A DNA stretch of 63,938 nt, filler included, from Basidioascus undulatus (GCA_000826855.1; 5 parts of 5 records of this genome joined end to end with filler, not necessarily neighbours in it); one strand, 5' to 3'. Positions 26,422 to 41,009 are shown, counted from the first letter of the whole stretch. A program made the numbers and translations. Notes: generated by a model from the sequence alone, not told the origin.

Positions 26422-29400
26422 CCGCCTCCGCGCCACCGCCCCCTCCGCCGCCAAGAAGCAAAAGTACAACCTCCGCTCCGTGACAGCCTCGTCCTCGACC
26501 AACAAGACCGCCGACAAGGACATGCCCAAGAAAGCCAGGTGCGTGCGCGATCTCTGTGTGAGGGAGGGGTATGCGGCTGACTGAGGGCAGGTGAACAGGT
26601 CCCCTACCAAGCCCCGCGGCAAGGCTGCTGCTCGCGTGGCTGACGAGCGTGAGTTCACTTCTTACAACGTTTGGTCCGAGGAATCAAACTGACTCCTGAG
26701 GATCACTGCAGCCTCCTCGAGCTCCCGCATCAACGACGACCTCGCGATGGACGAGGCCGAGTACTCGCACCCGTCGAGCTCCGAGCACGATTCCGACTCG
26801 GAGGGCTCGCACGACGACGACGCCCATCCCGAGGGCGGGGACGACTCGCACCCGTACGACGACGAAGACGACGACGGCGGGGAAGACGACATGCACGGCG
26901 GCGGGGGCGGCGGCGGGAGCGCGTCGATCTTTGCCGACTACCGTGCTCTCTCAGGCCTGATCCTCGGCCAGTCCGGGCGGTACAAGGCGATCCTCACCGA
27001 GCTCCGCGCGCGCCCGTACCCGCCGGGCACGGGCGACGGCACGCAGCTCATGATCGCCTTGCAGGAGCTCGCGGAGCTCCTGTCTGTCGCGACGGAGGAC
27101 ACCCTTGCGGGGTACTTCCAAGTCGAGGCGTTCGCGAAAGAGCTCATCGCTATCATGAGCGGCGAGCCGCCCGTCGTGCCCGCCAAGGGCGGAGGAGAGA
27201 AGCCGGGACAGAGCCAGCAGGACGCGGACTTGATGGCTGCGCTCGCGGCGAGCGGAGGGGGCTTTGGAGGAGATGGAGACGGAGAGGCGATGCTCCTCGC
27301 TTGCAGGTGCCTCGCTAACCTCATGGAGGCCCTCCCTGGCACCGCCCACTCCGTCGTCCATTACGGTGCCGTCCCCGTCCTCTGCTCCAAGCTCGTCGAG
27401 ATCCAGTTCGTCGATCTCGCGGAGGAGGCCGTCTCGGTGCGTCTCCCCCCTGCTCCCTCCTTCCGCCCTCTCTCCCATCTCGCGCTCCCGCTGACGTCGT
27501 CCGTTCCGCCCGCCTCTCCAGACCCTCGGCAAGATCGCAGAAGAGTGCCCGAACAAGATCGTTGCCGAGGGTGGGCTCGCGGCCGTGCTGAACTACCTCG
27601 ACTTCTTCAACTCGCACGTGCAGCGCACCGCTCTCACCGCCGCGGCGAACTGCTGCCGCTCCGTGTCGGTCGACAACTTCAGCATGGTGCGCGATGTGGT
27701 GCCGATCATCCGGAACGTGCTCGGGTACGCGGACCAGCGGCTCGTCGAGCAGGCGTGCCTGTGCGTCGTGCGCATCATCGACAGCTACAAGGCCCGCCCG
27801 GACCTCCTCGAGCAGCTTCTCGAGGACGGGTCCCTCGTCGGCGCCGTCATCGCACTCCTCCTCCCCACCGGCGGCGCGGGCGGGTCCCCACTCATCTCCA
27901 GCGGGACCTACACCGCCCTCTTGCGCGCTATGGCCACTGCCGGGCGGAGCAGCCCCAAGGCCGCGATCGCCCTGCTCGAGACCAACATCGTCGACACGCT
28001 CTACCACATCCTTACGGGTGTGCTGGTGCCGACGGACGTCGATCCCGCGCAGAAGGCGCTCGAGGACGGCGCCGCGCCCGGCGAGGGAGGGCTGGCGGAC
28101 ATGGTCGTACTGGAGAATCTGGCGAGGAGGCCGAAGGACCAGGTGGACGAGGCACTCAGTCTCGCGCTCGAGCTGCTGCCGCCGCTACCGAAGGGTGCGT
28201 CTTCCTCTTCCACTTCCCTTCTTGCTTTTCCTTCGCCTTTCGCCTCCCCTCCGCTTGGTTTTCGTATCGAACAGACCGAGCGCTGACTGGGTCGGATGGT
28301 GTGCGCAGGCGGCGTGTTCGATGCCAAAGCGTACCTCGGCAAGGCGTTCAAGGGCAAGGGCAAGGAGGCCGCGCCGGCGCCCGCCTCCACGTCCGCGTCG
28401 ACTTCCGAGGAGGCATCCTCCGCCGGCCCGTCGTCCACTGCCACCGCCGCCGCCGCCACGGACGTCCCCGAGCCAATCGTCGAGGCCGCGCTGTCGCGCT
28501 CGAAGGCGAAGGAAGCCGCGCGCGAGGAGGCGCTCAAGAAGCGCGTCGAGATGCTGCGCGCCAAGCCCGCGCTCGTCGTGCGCTTCATGAGCCTCATGGT
28601 CCCCGTCTTTGTCGAGGTCTACGCCGCCAGTGTCGCGCTCCCCGTCCGCAACAAGACGATCTCGTGCTTGCTCAAGGTCGTGGCCTTTGCGGAGGCGGAG
28701 GGGCTGCGGGACTTGCTCAGGGTGCGTTGCGTTGAAGCCGAGGAGGAACGGCATGCTGATATTGAGATGGGCGGACCAGTTCATCCCCCTCGCCAGCTTC
28801 CTCGGCGGGATCCTCTCCTCGCGGGACCACCCGACGCTCGTCACCGGCGCGCTCCAGCTCGTGGAGCTCCTCGTCGACAAACTCCCGGACGTCTACCGCG
28901 CCGCGCTCCGCCGCCAGGGCGTCATGTACGAGATCGAGGTGATCGCGTCCGAGCCGCTCTTCGCCGAGAAGAAGGACGCTGAGCGCGCCGTCAAGAAGGA
29001 GGAGGACGCTGAAGACGCCGCCGCGGTCCCTATCCCCATCCCCATCCCCTCCCCATCCCCGCGTGACCCCCAGGACGCCATCGTCGCCCGGGCGCGCACG
29101 CTCCGCGACAAGCTTGCGGCTGCGGCTGCAGCCGCGTCCGACCAAGATGGCGGGCACGACGAGGCGAAGGAGGCGCTGGAGGGGATCCGCAGCATGGTCG
29201 ATGCGCTCAATGATCCCGGCAGGGGACGCGAGGACGTCGAGAAGCAGCTGGCGCAGCTCGCGGAGTGGTTCACCCGCGACGATCCGATCTCGAGCTTTGA
29301 ACTGCTGAGGAGCGGGCTCATCGAGGGGCTGCTCAAGTTCGCTACCGAGGGAACGGGCAAGGGTGCGTTTCATTTCTATGCGAACGTCATGTTGGCGACG

Positions 29401-32400
29401 TCTCCGGGAACAGCGGCTGACCGGATCTGCTGGGTAGCAGTCTCCTCCGCCCAGCGTCACCGCCTCCTCTTTAAGACGTTCTCGTCCGTCAAATCCAACG
29501 CGCCCGGCTCGGCCACCGCGCTCGCGTCGCTCGTCAAGCGCCTGCAGGAGAGCCTGAGCCGGCTCGAGCCGTTCGACGTCGTTTCCGCTGCTCAGAGTGC
29601 GGGTGGCGATGGTTCGTCTTTCCTTTTCCTTTTCGCTTGCCCCGAAAAACGAACGTTGTGCGCTGATGCTGGGAGGTTGTGTGCGAACACAGAGTCCCGC
29701 CGCAATGCGACGTCCATGCTCGCGCGGCAGCTGCGCCTGCGGCTGATCGCGGACGACCCGGAGCTGGCGAAGGCGATGCCGACGATGGTCGTCTCGATCC
29801 ACGCGATCGCGAGCCTCCAGGCGCTCAACGACTACCTCCGCCCCCGCATCTCAGCCCACCTCGCGTCCGCCGCCGCCGGCGGTTCTGGCTCGCGCTTGTC
29901 CGGCGTCCTCGCTGCGCTGTCCGCTGCGGCGGGCATCCCGGCTGGCGGTGCGGGTGAGGAGGCGGAAAGGACGGAGCAGGAGCAGGAGCATGGGGAGGAC
30001 GAGGACGGCGCTGCGCCCGGGCCGACTGGCCGGCGGCGTAGTGGACGGCTGAGCGGTAAGGGCCTGGGGAGCTCTATGGAGAGCGGGGAGGCTAGAGAGA
30101 AGGAGAAGGAGGAGAAGGAGGGCGAGGGTGAGGGCGAGGGCGCCGCGCCCGGTGCTGCTTCGGCTTCGGCGATGCATGCCGACGAGCCGGAGCACCACGC
30201 TGAGGGCGAGGGCGAAGGCGAAGGCGAGGGAGACGGGTTCGACGAAGAGATGATGGATGATGAGTATGATGAGGAGGAGGTATGACGAGTGGTGGCAGGG
30301 GGACGGGACAGGGGAGAGGACTCGGGAGCTGACTCGTGAGACGGTGGGTGGATGGACAGATCTACGACGAGGACTTTGAGGAGGAGATGCAGGGCGGGAG
30401 CGGGAGCCCGGAGAAGACAGTCAGCTTGGACGTGGCACCTGGTGCGTTAACGGTCTTGCGTTGTATTGGGCTGTTGGAGGAGACGGACGCTGACGTTCTT
30501 TTCCTTCTTGTCCGACCGCAGACGGCTCCAAGATCGAAGCCAAGACGCCGGACGGCACGCGCGTCTCGACGCCCACGCCCGGTCCGTCGACGTCCAAGGC
30601 GAATGGCAGCGGCAGCGGCAGCGCCGGCGGTGTGGCCGCGGGCACAAGCGCGAGCGCGAGCGGGACGCCGTCGAAAGGCTCGTACGCGGCCATGCTCAAG
30701 TCCAAGCCGTCCGATTGGCACCTCGAGTTCCGCCTCGGCGACGACATCGTGCCCATGGACTCGACCATCTACGGCGCCGTCCACCGCTTCGAGAACCGTA
30801 CCGGCGCGGGCATGCACCGCAATGTCTGGAGCAACGTGTACACGGTCAAGTATAAGAAGGTTCCTGGGCCGGCGCCGGCGACGAGTACGTCTTGCTTGAT
30901 TCTTTGGCTGGCTGCGCATATGTCAGCGGTTGCTGACGGTCGGACTCATTGAACAGAGGACGCTCGTGCCAGTCCCGACGCGGCGACGCGCGCCGAGTCC
31001 GCATGGGACAGCCTGCCCGCGTCCATCCCGTCCGAAGCCGCGCACGCGCCGATCCTCCAGCTCCTGCGCGTCCTCCACGCGCTCTGCTCGGACGCGAACG
31101 ATGAGCGTGCGGCGGAGCAAGAGAGCGCCGTCTCGCACGTCGGCTCGCCCGCCGGCGGCGAGACGTCGTTCGTCAACAACAAGCTCACGGCCAAGCTCAG
31201 CCGCCAGCTTGAGGAGCCGATGCTCATCGCTTCGTGCGTGCTTTCCTTACGTCCTCCGCGGTGGGTACTGATACTTCGGGGGAGATGCAGGTCTTGCCTG
31301 CCAGAGTGGTCGCTAGACTTGCCGAGTACGCGCTCGCTTTGATTCTCAGCTCGGGTTGCGCAATGTGCTGACCTCTCTGTTGCAGCCTATTTCCCCTTCC
31401 TGTTCACCTTCCAGACACGCTACGCGTTCTTGCAAGCCCAGAGCTGGGGAGCCGCTCGTCTGATGTGCGTGTCTTCGGTTGCGATACCTTGTCGACTGCT
31501 GCTGATCTTCCGCCATTCCCGTCTACAGCACCAAGTGGCAGAACGAGGCGTCGCGCTCGCAGGACTCGCGCCGGAACGACCCGTCCGCGTACTACCTCGG
31601 TCGGCTGCAGCGCCAGAAGGTCCGCATCTCGCGCGAGTACCTGCTCGAGTCAGCGATCAAGGTGTTCGAGCTCTACGGCGGCTCGGCGACGATCCTCGAG
31701 ATCGAGTACTTCGAAGAGGTCGGCACCGGTCTCGGCCCGACGCTCGAGTTCTACTCGCTCGTGAGCAAGGAGTTCGCCAAGAAGGAGCTCAAGCTCTGGC
31801 GTGGCTCGGACGACACCGCCGACGGCGACCCTAGCCCGTTCGTCTTTAGCGCGACCGGCCTGTTCCCTGCGCCGATCTCTGAGGCGGAGGCGGAGAAGGA
31901 GAGCGGAAAGTGAGTGGTGGACTGCTCGGAGTTTCAAGTTGGGCATAGGGCTGATCGCATGTGCGATTTTGCAGGAAACGCCTCGCGCTGTTCAAGCTCC
32001 TCGGACAGTTCCTCGCGAAGGGATTGCTCGACTCGCGCATCATCGACGTCTCGTTCAACACCGTCTTCATGAAGCTCGTCCTCGGCCGGACCGTCCCGCT
32101 CACGCTTTCGACTGTCAAGGTGAGTCCTGTGCCGCCTGTTCGACGCATGACTAGAGTCGCTCACACATGTCCCCTTCGCTTTCCAGCTCGTCGACCGTTC
32201 CCTCGGCAACTCGCTCGAGCGTCTGCAGGAGTTCGTCGATGTTAAAAAGACCATCGAGGACGACGAGTCGCTGGTGCGTAGTTTCTGGTTGAGGCTTGTC
32301 TGACGTGCTGTTGCTGACTGTCAGTTTTGCGCATCCAGTCGGCTGAGCAGAAGACCGCCGCTGTCGAGGATATCGAGATCAACGGCGCCAAGGTCGAGGA

Positions 32401-33271
32401 CATGTCGCTCGACTTTACGCTGCCCGGCTATGCCGACTACGAGCTCACGGTGCGCTTGCTCGTCCCCTCGGTCCTTCAGCTTACTGTCCAGCGGCTGACA
32501 TGTCTGGGTTTTCCTGCAGCCTGGGGGCACTGACCGCGCCGTCACGATCGAGAACGTCGAGCAGTACATCCAGTTCGTCATTGAGACGACGCTCGTCAAG
32601 GGCACGCAGAAGCAGGTCGCTGCACTCCGCTCGGGCTTCTCGCGCATCTTCCCAATCAGCGACATGGCCATCTTTGCTCGTAAGTCTGTGCCTCTTCTTT
32701 CGAGAGAGGCGAGTGAAGCTGATTTGTGCCACTTGCAGCTGAGGAATTGGCCACGCTGTTCGGTACGGCTGAGGAGGACTGGTCTATCGAGAGTGCGTTG
32801 CGGAGCCTCTGCACCCACCCACCCCAGACGATGCTGACCGAGTGTGTCAACAGCTCTCGGCGAGGTGATCAAGGCCGACCACGGATACAACGCCGACAGC
32901 CGGACGATCCGCTACCTCGTCGAGCTCATGTCCGAGTTCGACCAGCCCGCGCGGCGCGAATTCCTGTCCTGGGCGAGCGGCGCGACCAAGCTCCCCGTCG
33001 GCGGTTTCCGCGCCCTCTTCCCGCCGCTCACCGTCGTCCGCAAGCCCGTCGACGGCGGCTTGACCGCGGACGCGATGCTGCCTAGCGTGATGACCTGCGC
33101 GAACTGTGCGTTCCGTCTCGTTTCGTGATTCAGCGATTCGACGTGACATGCTGATTGTCTTCGTGCTCTTCCACAGACCTCAAGCTGCCAGAGTACAGCA
33201 GCAAGGACGTCCTGCGCGCGAGGCTGTCGTACGCTATGAAGGAGGGATCCGGCAGCTTCAACCTTTCGTAA
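26422..33271 (+). CDS. UFD4: HECT E3 ubiquitin ligase UFD4/TRIP12; multi-exon, 5' end cut by the contig start
   Basis: ARM region (LQELAELLSVATEDTL, MLLACRCLANLMEALP, LNYLDFFNSHVQRTALTAAANCC) and HECT domain (GRLQRQKVRISR, LEIEYFEEVGTGLGPTLEFYSLVS, LPSVMTCANYLKLPEYSS, GSGSFNLS*). Confidence 0.95.
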
Positions 33272-33819
33272 TTTCATCGCATCCGTCCCTTTCTTCCATT
33301 TTTTCTTGCAGTTCGCATCTCTGCAGCTTCCCCTCTGTCGCTACTACCGCATGCATGGCATTTTCGCCTGACCTTCTCCCCTCCGCAAACTTCCACACCG
33401 TCCCCCATTTCATCTTTTTCGTCGCATTATCTGCTCTTTTAGTAGTCTGTAGTACGCGTCCGTCTGTGATCTCTTTTTCAAGCAACAAATGCGCTTCGTG
33501 AGAGTGTTATTTCTGTGGGCACACGATGATCCTGCTCGGGCCTGGCATCATGACAGCCGTAACGGCAGCGCTGCCTCGCTTTATGTTCCCACACGTTATA
33601 TCCAAGAAACATTTAATAGTTGAGGGACCAAGAAGCTGTGTCGCTTGCATTGTCGTAGCGTGACGGCGCGGCTGTCTCGGGAAACGGAGCATGCTCGCCG
33701 CGCCTTGCTCGGACTCGGGAGTTCGGACCCTTGCCCTCGAACCGCCAACAGCTCTCCTCCTGCAACCTGCCGCACCAAGGTCTTTCTACACCCTTCAAAA
33801 AACCACCCGAGCTACCATG

Positions 33820-34900
33820 ACTTCTCCGTATTCTTTGCCTGGGAGATCTGCTCGCGCATCTTCGGCTTCGCGACCGCCGACGACGAGCAGTTCGATGTTC
33901 CGAATGCCGCTCTGGACATGAAGCTGGCTCTTGTCCAGTCTCCAGGGACTTCCGTGTACGCTAGTTCCGCTCCTAAGAAACCTGAGTCCTACACCTTTCC
34001 AGATCTGACTGCCATGCCGAAGCTGTCGGAGCTCATACCCTACTTGTTTACCAGCCCCGAATTATATGTTTAGAAAGAGAGCTGTGGATATAGGGATCTT
34101 CTGGCTTTGCTGCAGCGTGATCGTTGTCGGTTCGTCCTACGTCCTTCTCTTGCTCTGCCTTCTCGAGGGCCCCTCCCTCCATCCCACCCCCCCGCATCTT
34201 CACCCCAATCCAAACCATCTCAGCCAAGAGATAAACAAACACTGACCCCCCCAGAGTACTACTCCACAGACCTGTTTTTCAAGTTCTTAGACGTGATGTG
34301 GACACACATGTTCGAGTCGAGCCCCCTCAAAGTCACCTCCGCCTGGTTCCTCATGAGCTACCAAGGTTTCATCCCCACTGTGTGGTATAAGCCACTGACG
34401 ACCATTATCCTATATTTCCTCCAAGCCTATTTGTGGCTATTCTTCGGGGTTATGGCGGCCATTATCTCTGGAATGCTTATCTGGTTCGGCATCTGCGCTC
34501 TCCGCCGTGCATCTCTCGTTTTTTGTAACTTACTCTTGCGGCTCCAAAACTGACTTGACCTGCAACATAGCCGATCCGGAAATTTGTGCCAAGCGTTGGG
34601 TCTTGTTGGATACCTTTCTCATGGGTGTGGAGTTGCCATCGGTGCGTCCTTTCCTTGGCCTCCCCCTTGTTTTTCCGCAATGCTTCATGTTACGAGTGTT
34701 TTGAGCAAGCTTTAACCTCGGGAAGAAACTCATAGACTTGTACTTGACGGTGATGGGCGCCATCATGGACGACGACAACGCGCCGAATTACTCGCCTGAT
34801 TATTCGCCCGCGTCCAGCAGGAAATCGGAGGTTGAACTTTGATGCGTGACCATGGAGACGGGTGGGAGAATTTGCGCAATTGACTGAAGATACGAAGTCT
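33820..34900 (+). CDS. Hypothetical membrane protein, possibly degenerate; exon structure uncertain
   Basis: Coding-like segments including a hydrophobic stretch LTTIILYFLQAYLWLFFGVMAAIISGMLIWFGI and gtgcgt-type donor sites. No family recognised. Confidence 0.3.
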
Positions 34901-35385
34901 TGGAAGATGCATTTCAATGCTTTACAGGGAACTGGTCGTGCGCGCGGTAGATCCGGACCCGCCTCGGAGAAGTACTTTGCGTCTGGGATCTAGGAAGCGG
35001 CTGTAGGGACTGCTTGGTGTTGAGATTTTGAATTCGTGATCAAGGGTGACCAGTTCACGTCCTGCCACATCTGTTGCTTTTTATTCTCGTCGTGTTGGCC
35101 GCGCGAACGACTGTGAGCGAGGCTGGCCAGGCCTTGCAAGCCCGCAGTCGTTGGCCGCACAACGGTCCGAAGGGCGGTTGCGCTCGTCCTGTGGCAGCTG
35201 AGACACCGTAGGTGGGGCTGACCTGTTCCGGCTGTGACACACAGACACACTTCCCCATTCGCAAGATAATCAAAATTAGAGATCTACAGTAAGTTGAGGC
35301 AAAATTACAAGGTGATATCAGAGATTCAGATATTGGTTTCGTAGATCAGTAAGACGACAGGCCTTCCCCTCCTCCTCAGCGAACA

Positions 35386-36400
35386 TCACAGCTGCCGCTC
35401 GACCCAAGCCCAGCTCGCTCCCTCCGCCTCGTACCGGACTACCCTCAACCTCAATCGTTCCGGTGTCCTCCGTCCGGCGATCCTGCTCAATCCTCTACCC
35501 ACACGTGTCCTCCGTCCAAACCCTCCGCCTAGCTCCACAGTCTCGAGAAGTGGCAGTGCAGCGGACCACGCGCCCCCGACGCCGAACGCTCGTTCGCGCT
35601 CGCGCGTGCGCCAGGAGCGCCATTGGTCGAGGTGGAGAAGGGGCGAGGGCTCGGGGTCGGAGTCGGAGCCGAGATTGGGCCGAAGGGAAAGCGAGAGATG
35701 CTGCAGGTCTTGCAGCGGCGCGAGGGAGGTCACAAAGTCTCGCTGCGGACGAAATCACGGAGGTACTCATCGCAAGGTACCCAGCGAAGGTATATGGAAC
35801 TGGGGTGGGATGAACGACGTACCGGACTCTCGGCCACCTGCAGCGGTTGTGTCTTCCCCCAAATCTCCAGCACGCACAGATCGCCCAAGCACTCCCCGAC
35901 AGTCTTCAGCAGCTCCAGCCCAATCCGCTTCACCCTCATCCGCAGATAAACCACCCGCACATCGTTATCGCTCAACAAGTGTATGAGCTCCCTCGCGTCC
36001 GCCTCCTCGAGCGCCCCGCCGTGCTTGAGGCGCTCGAGGATGAAGTGGCACGTCGTGGGGAGGTTCGGGATCGGCGTGTCCGGTGGGTGGAGCGAGACGG
36101 TGAATGCTGGGCAGAGCGCGATGAGCGGGAGGTTGTGCGCTGGGTGGAGGGAGGTGGGGAACCGGTTGTCCGGGTGTGCGGACGGGGACGATAGGAGTGG
36201 GAGACGGGGGAGCGGCAGGGACAGGAGGTGCGAGATGGCTTTGGGCGACTTCATGAGCGGTTTCGAGGAGGCAGCTGAGAGGCATCGAGGGGGATGCTGA
36301 GGAGACATCGCCGCGGGCTTTTATGGAGCGAATTGAGCTCCTCAACGTTCCAAGGTGCTTGGGAAGCACATGAAAGTACATCGCTGCTCCAAACGTACAC
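35386..36400 (-). CDS. Hypothetical LRR/F-box-type protein, 3' part
   Basis: Leucine-repeat-like segments LELLKTVGECLGDLCVLEIW, LAPLQDLQHLSLSL and ALPLLETVELGG, ending LRVVRYE...WVERQL*. The 5' end is unresolved. Confidence 0.4.
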
Positions 36401-37251
36401 GAGGCCGGGAGAAAAGGTAGCGGAGCACGCTCACTGCCGGCCGCAGCCGCGCAGCCGCTGTGACACTGCCGTACCGAAATCCATCAGAACATCAGAACGT
36501 TGCGGAACACCCTCGGCATGTGTCCGGCAGTATGGACTTGGTTATCCGGACGAAGTAGTAACTCACGCAATGAACAACTCTGAATGCAAGAGAGCCAAGC
36601 TTATCGTAGGTCTTGGTCAAGGTCAGGAGGCTGTAGCCTGAGGGGCGTTCTGCGTTCAACGTTTATTACAAAGGTGTCGGCCCGGTCGCAGATCCGAAAG
36701 CCGGCTTCCGGTAAACTACAATATATAAAAAGAAAAACACGGCAGTCATATATTGTGACACGCTTTTCATGAAGTCGTTGAACCCAGGTAGACGACTCCA
36801 TAGCATCCACCCCAGCTGCAGTGCCACCAGCGAAGCGCCTCTCTTGGATGCCCAAATCTCTCGAATCTTCGTTTTGGCTCATATGCCCCACCTGAATGCT
36901 ATTTTTGTAAAAGAACTCGACGTACTTGATCTGTCCGCAGGTGCCGTCAGGCTGCTCCGGAGATATGGAGCTATCTCTGCCGTCGTTCTGGTCACTGAAC
37001 CTGAGAGAAAGGTGCAGATTTGCCCACAGTGCCTTGCTTGTTTCTTTACTTTACACACAAAAGAGTTTACAGGGCGGTGTATCACAAAGCCGTTGTTGGT
37101 GTATGTATGACTAGGCGAAACTGCACCACACGGCGCCTGGCTGTCAATCCTTTTCGGCCCGCTCTACCATCCATGCCATGCCATGGAGCGGTTTGGTGTG
37201 CCCCTTGCCCGCCCTTGCTGTTAGATTCCCGCTCGTCCTCCAACGATCCAA

Positions 37252-38269
37252 TGCGTTCGGCGACACCCCCGGAGGATGCGGAATGGTGGCGCTCCACTTC
37301 GAAACTGTCCTCGCCCAGGCGGTGGAGCACAACGACCCGGATGCGCTGGGTCTCCCGTGTGAGGGTGGATCCCAACAAGTACGACTATCACGCCCGCAAT
37401 GTCACCGAGCAGGAGCGCGGATTGGAGAGGACCGGGGAGACGCGGGAAACAGCATATGCTGCCGTAGATGGCGGAATCATGATGGGCTCAGGTGCGTGCG
37501 GGACCACAACTTGTGCCGGAGTGGCGGAAGAGCATTCAGATGAACTGAATCAGCCGATTTATGTTCGATACAAGCATCAGTCGAAGTGCCCGACCTCGAG
37601 GAGCGGGTTAGTCAATTACGCCGTAGGCTTGGAGATGCTTGCTGAAGACCAGTGATCAAAATGCTCGTTGGCGAATGACTTCCATGCACGGTGGACCAGA
37701 GCAACGCTGCATTCCGTTCGGTCGACGTATAGCTGGCTTTCATTCTCTGTTCGTCGTGCCTTACTCTCGCTCCCATATCGGCCATCTACGCACTCAACCG
37801 AGCTCAAGTGGCGCTTCAGATGAAGTGGTATGTCGCATACCCTGCTTTGCTCAAAGCTCAAAGTGGGGAGTCTGCTGAGCACGTAGGGGACAGGTACGGA
37901 ATTGCTGAGCGCGAGGCGGGCAAAGCGCGCTGGAACGACCCGGGCAGCGTCAAGGCTCATTTTCGGCGTGGACGTGCACAGAGGATGATGGGGAGACTGG
38001 AGACAGCACGAACCAGTCAGTCGCTCGCGATCGCATGTTTCCCTCGAACCCGCGCAATCTTTTCTGGACTTTCTCTTGAACCCCGTCAAACCTGCCCCAA
38101 TACAGACCTCGAGTCCGCTCTTTCCTCCGGTCCGGCGAACCGATTCATTTTGGCCGAGCTGGCACAACTCACCGTGCTGGAAGGCATGAGTGCCAAGGTG
38201 CTGGTGGTGGGTGGAAGAGCAGTACCGCAGCCGGGAAGACCGCGCTCACAGCGCGTTCATGCGCGATGA
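37252..38269 (+). CDS. TPR-repeat protein, possibly degenerate
   Basis: NDPGSVKAHFRRGRAQRMMGRLETART|DLESALSSGPANRFILAELAQL matches the TPR consensus (KA.FRRG.A...LG...A..DL..AL...P.N). Confidence 0.6.
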
Positions 38270-39516
38270 GGAAGCGAGGAGGGCGGCCGTCGTGGAAATT
38301 CTTCTGGCTGTGGGGGAGCCTCAAGCAGCGGAGACGGTGCGCAATTGAAGGAACGGAAGCGAGCGCTGCTATTGAGGTCCGACGGTGTAGGGTGCACGGG
38401 TGACGTAAACAAGACGAGTAAATTTCTCTATTGCGGCTGTACTTCATGGTTTATGATGTGCGCTCGCGGGCTCGCGGTAACTGCGTCCGGTATGAAGCGA
38501 GCACCTGTGCCAGTGTATGTGTTCAAGGACGTTGCTGCGCAAGCTCTGGGAAACATCGGACTCCAAGAGAGCTCCAAGGTATTGTGAAGAAAGTGGGTCG
38601 GCAGGAGAAGTGTTTCCAGGAGAACCATGTGGTGATTGATCGGTATCGCCGCAACGAAAGGACTCGCGAACGGCGTTCTTCCAATACGTGACATTTGCCC
38701 ACAGCTATTCTTTTTTTTTCACGGGACAAAGAAATCACCATTTTTTGGATGTTCCAAGGAATCCGTTTAAATTGTTCCAGTTCCACTGTCCAATCGAGGA
38801 TAGTACTGGCCACTCGAGGCCTTCGAGAAACATCGGAGGTAGAAATCAAGCTTGGGCGGGCGCCTGGTAGTCAACAGTTCCAGAACAATTGGATAAGGTA
38901 CACAATGAAGGTAAGTTGGAAACTGGAGACTGGAACAAGTTCCTCAAAGGATACCTTTGCTTCGGGCGGCAGCTGAAGCTCAGAACACCTTCGAGCCTCC
39001 TCCCTCAAGCCTTGCCATTATTAGGTTCCTGTCCAGCCGCTCAACGGTAGAGAGTTAACGGGAGGCTAGCAGGCCTTGGTGCGTTTCACGTCCAGTCTCG
39101 GTAAGGTGTGGGTGAAGTCTTCAGCGAAGACAAAGAATCGTCAGAGAGCGACAGACGATTTGCAGTCTCCAAGGGCGCTCAACACCGATCCACGCAAATG
39201 TTCGTCTGTTGAGCACTGTGGTCGCGATGAGCTCCTGGATTCCCAAGACCAACGCGCGTCGTGGAGGCATGCTGGCATGCCATGGCAAGGTCTGGCACTG
39301 CCATCCTCGCACCCAACACCGCACTTCTGGGATTGTGTGGGGTTTCCAAGCGCACGTAAAGCCCTCAACTGCTTGAAGGTTCCATCTGATAAATAAATCT
39401 ATCTCGTATTCTTCAACCCCCACTTCGCACTCCTCGGATCCTTCTCCTTCTGCCGACTCGCATCTGCAGCCCCCACAACCCCCCACCTCCCCGGGCCCAA
39501 CGTCCCATCCATCAGC

Positions 39517-39616
39517 NNNNNNNNNNNNNNNNNNNNNNNNNNNNNNNNNNNNNNNNNNNNTTAATTAATTAANNNNNNNNNNNNNNNNNNNNNNNNNNNN
39601 NNNNNNNNNNNNNNNN
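39517..39616. other. Artificial contig linker
   Basis: N44-TTAATTAATTAA-N44. Confidence 0.99.
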
Positions 39617-41009
39617 GGGGAGGAGAGGGAGGAGGAGGAGGGCGGTGAGGGAGTGGAGCGTGCAGAGGGGGGAGGAGCGGATGTGGGGCGCGGAGGACCA
39701 GGTGTGCAGGAGGCGGAATGTAAGGCGGGCGAGCGCTGCGTCCCAGCGCCACGTCCATCAGCACCAAGCGAAGCGCAAGAGAAGGACTCTGAAAGACGGA
39801 GAACGAGACGCACCCTCTTCGCCCGCAACTCCCTCGCCCAGCCACCTCACGACGGTTCTCCCAACGCCCAAGCCCCAGACCGTCCCCCCCAGCAGAACGC
39901 GCTCCACCCCCACATCCCACAGCCCCTTCTCCTCGTTCTCTCCAGGGTCGCCAAACACCTCCCGCAAGAGCCGCGCGGCCAGGGCGACTTGGTTCACGGA
40001 GTCGAGTCGGGGGGAGAGGGTGTGGAAGAGGGCGGAGAGGAGCGGTGCGAGCAAGGAGGGCGCGAGGGAGAGATGCAGGGCGCGGAGGAGCTTGAAAAGG
40101 GGGGGTGGGGGATCCTGTGCCGAGTGGGGCGTGAGCTCGCGAAACAAGGAGAGGGAAGGGAAAAGGCAAGACGCACGGAGAGGTCGTGGACCAGCGCAGG
40201 GAGGACGGTGTTCCAATACGGTGACCCGCTCTCGGTAGAGGAGACGAACCCAGTCGACACCAGCTTCTGGAGCGGGTACGCCAGCGCCGCAAGCTGGAAG
40301 CTCACTGTCGACCCTCCGCGCTCCGTACGCTCGCGGACGAGGTCCAAATGCTGCTTCGCCAAGCCCGCTAGGAACTCCCTGTGCCGCACACAAGACTCAC
40401 AGGTTCAGAATCACATGCATGGGCGATAAAATACACGAAGGAGACGGACCTGTCCCTCAAACCCTGCGGCACTTCCACCGCCCCCACACGGCCCGCAGCG
40501 TTGGCCACCCTTACCGGGAGCGCAACGAGCAGATCCACCGCTCGCTCCCACTCGTCCTGCCCCCCTCCGTCCCCTGCACCGCCCATAGTAGCCTCCCACA
40601 CCTCCCTCAACCGCACCGCTCCCCCTTCCAGAACCCTCAACACCCCCTCAACCTCCCTCCCCTCCCCCGCCTTGCTCAGCGCTAGGCTCACGCTCCGCAG
40701 CCCCGCGAGCCCGACCGCGGCAGTCACGCCGGGGAAGAAGAAGTCCCGCGTGATGTTCGCGACGTCCGAGGGGGAGAGGTGGGGGATGAAGTCGAGGAGG
40801 AGGGAGGAGAGGAGGAGGGCTTGCAAGGAAGGAAGGAAGCGGGAGAGGGTGTAGGTCCGCTCTTGCGGGGGCGGGGAGGAGAGGAGAGAGGGGAGGGGCG
40901 TGAGGAGGGAGAGGAGCGTGGGGACGTCTGGGGGGCTGGATTGCAGGGCGGTGAGAGTACTTTGGAGAAGAGAGCGGTGTGGGGAGCGTTGGGAGGAGGA
41001 GGAGGACAT
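39617..41009 (-). CDS. TEL2: Telomere length regulation protein TEL2/TELO2, 5' part (3' end cut by the contig edge)
   Basis: Helical-repeat N-terminus with EWERAVDLLVALPVRVANA, LAYPLQKLVSTGF and GRTVVRWL, resembling TEL2 N-terminal blocks. Confidence 0.65.
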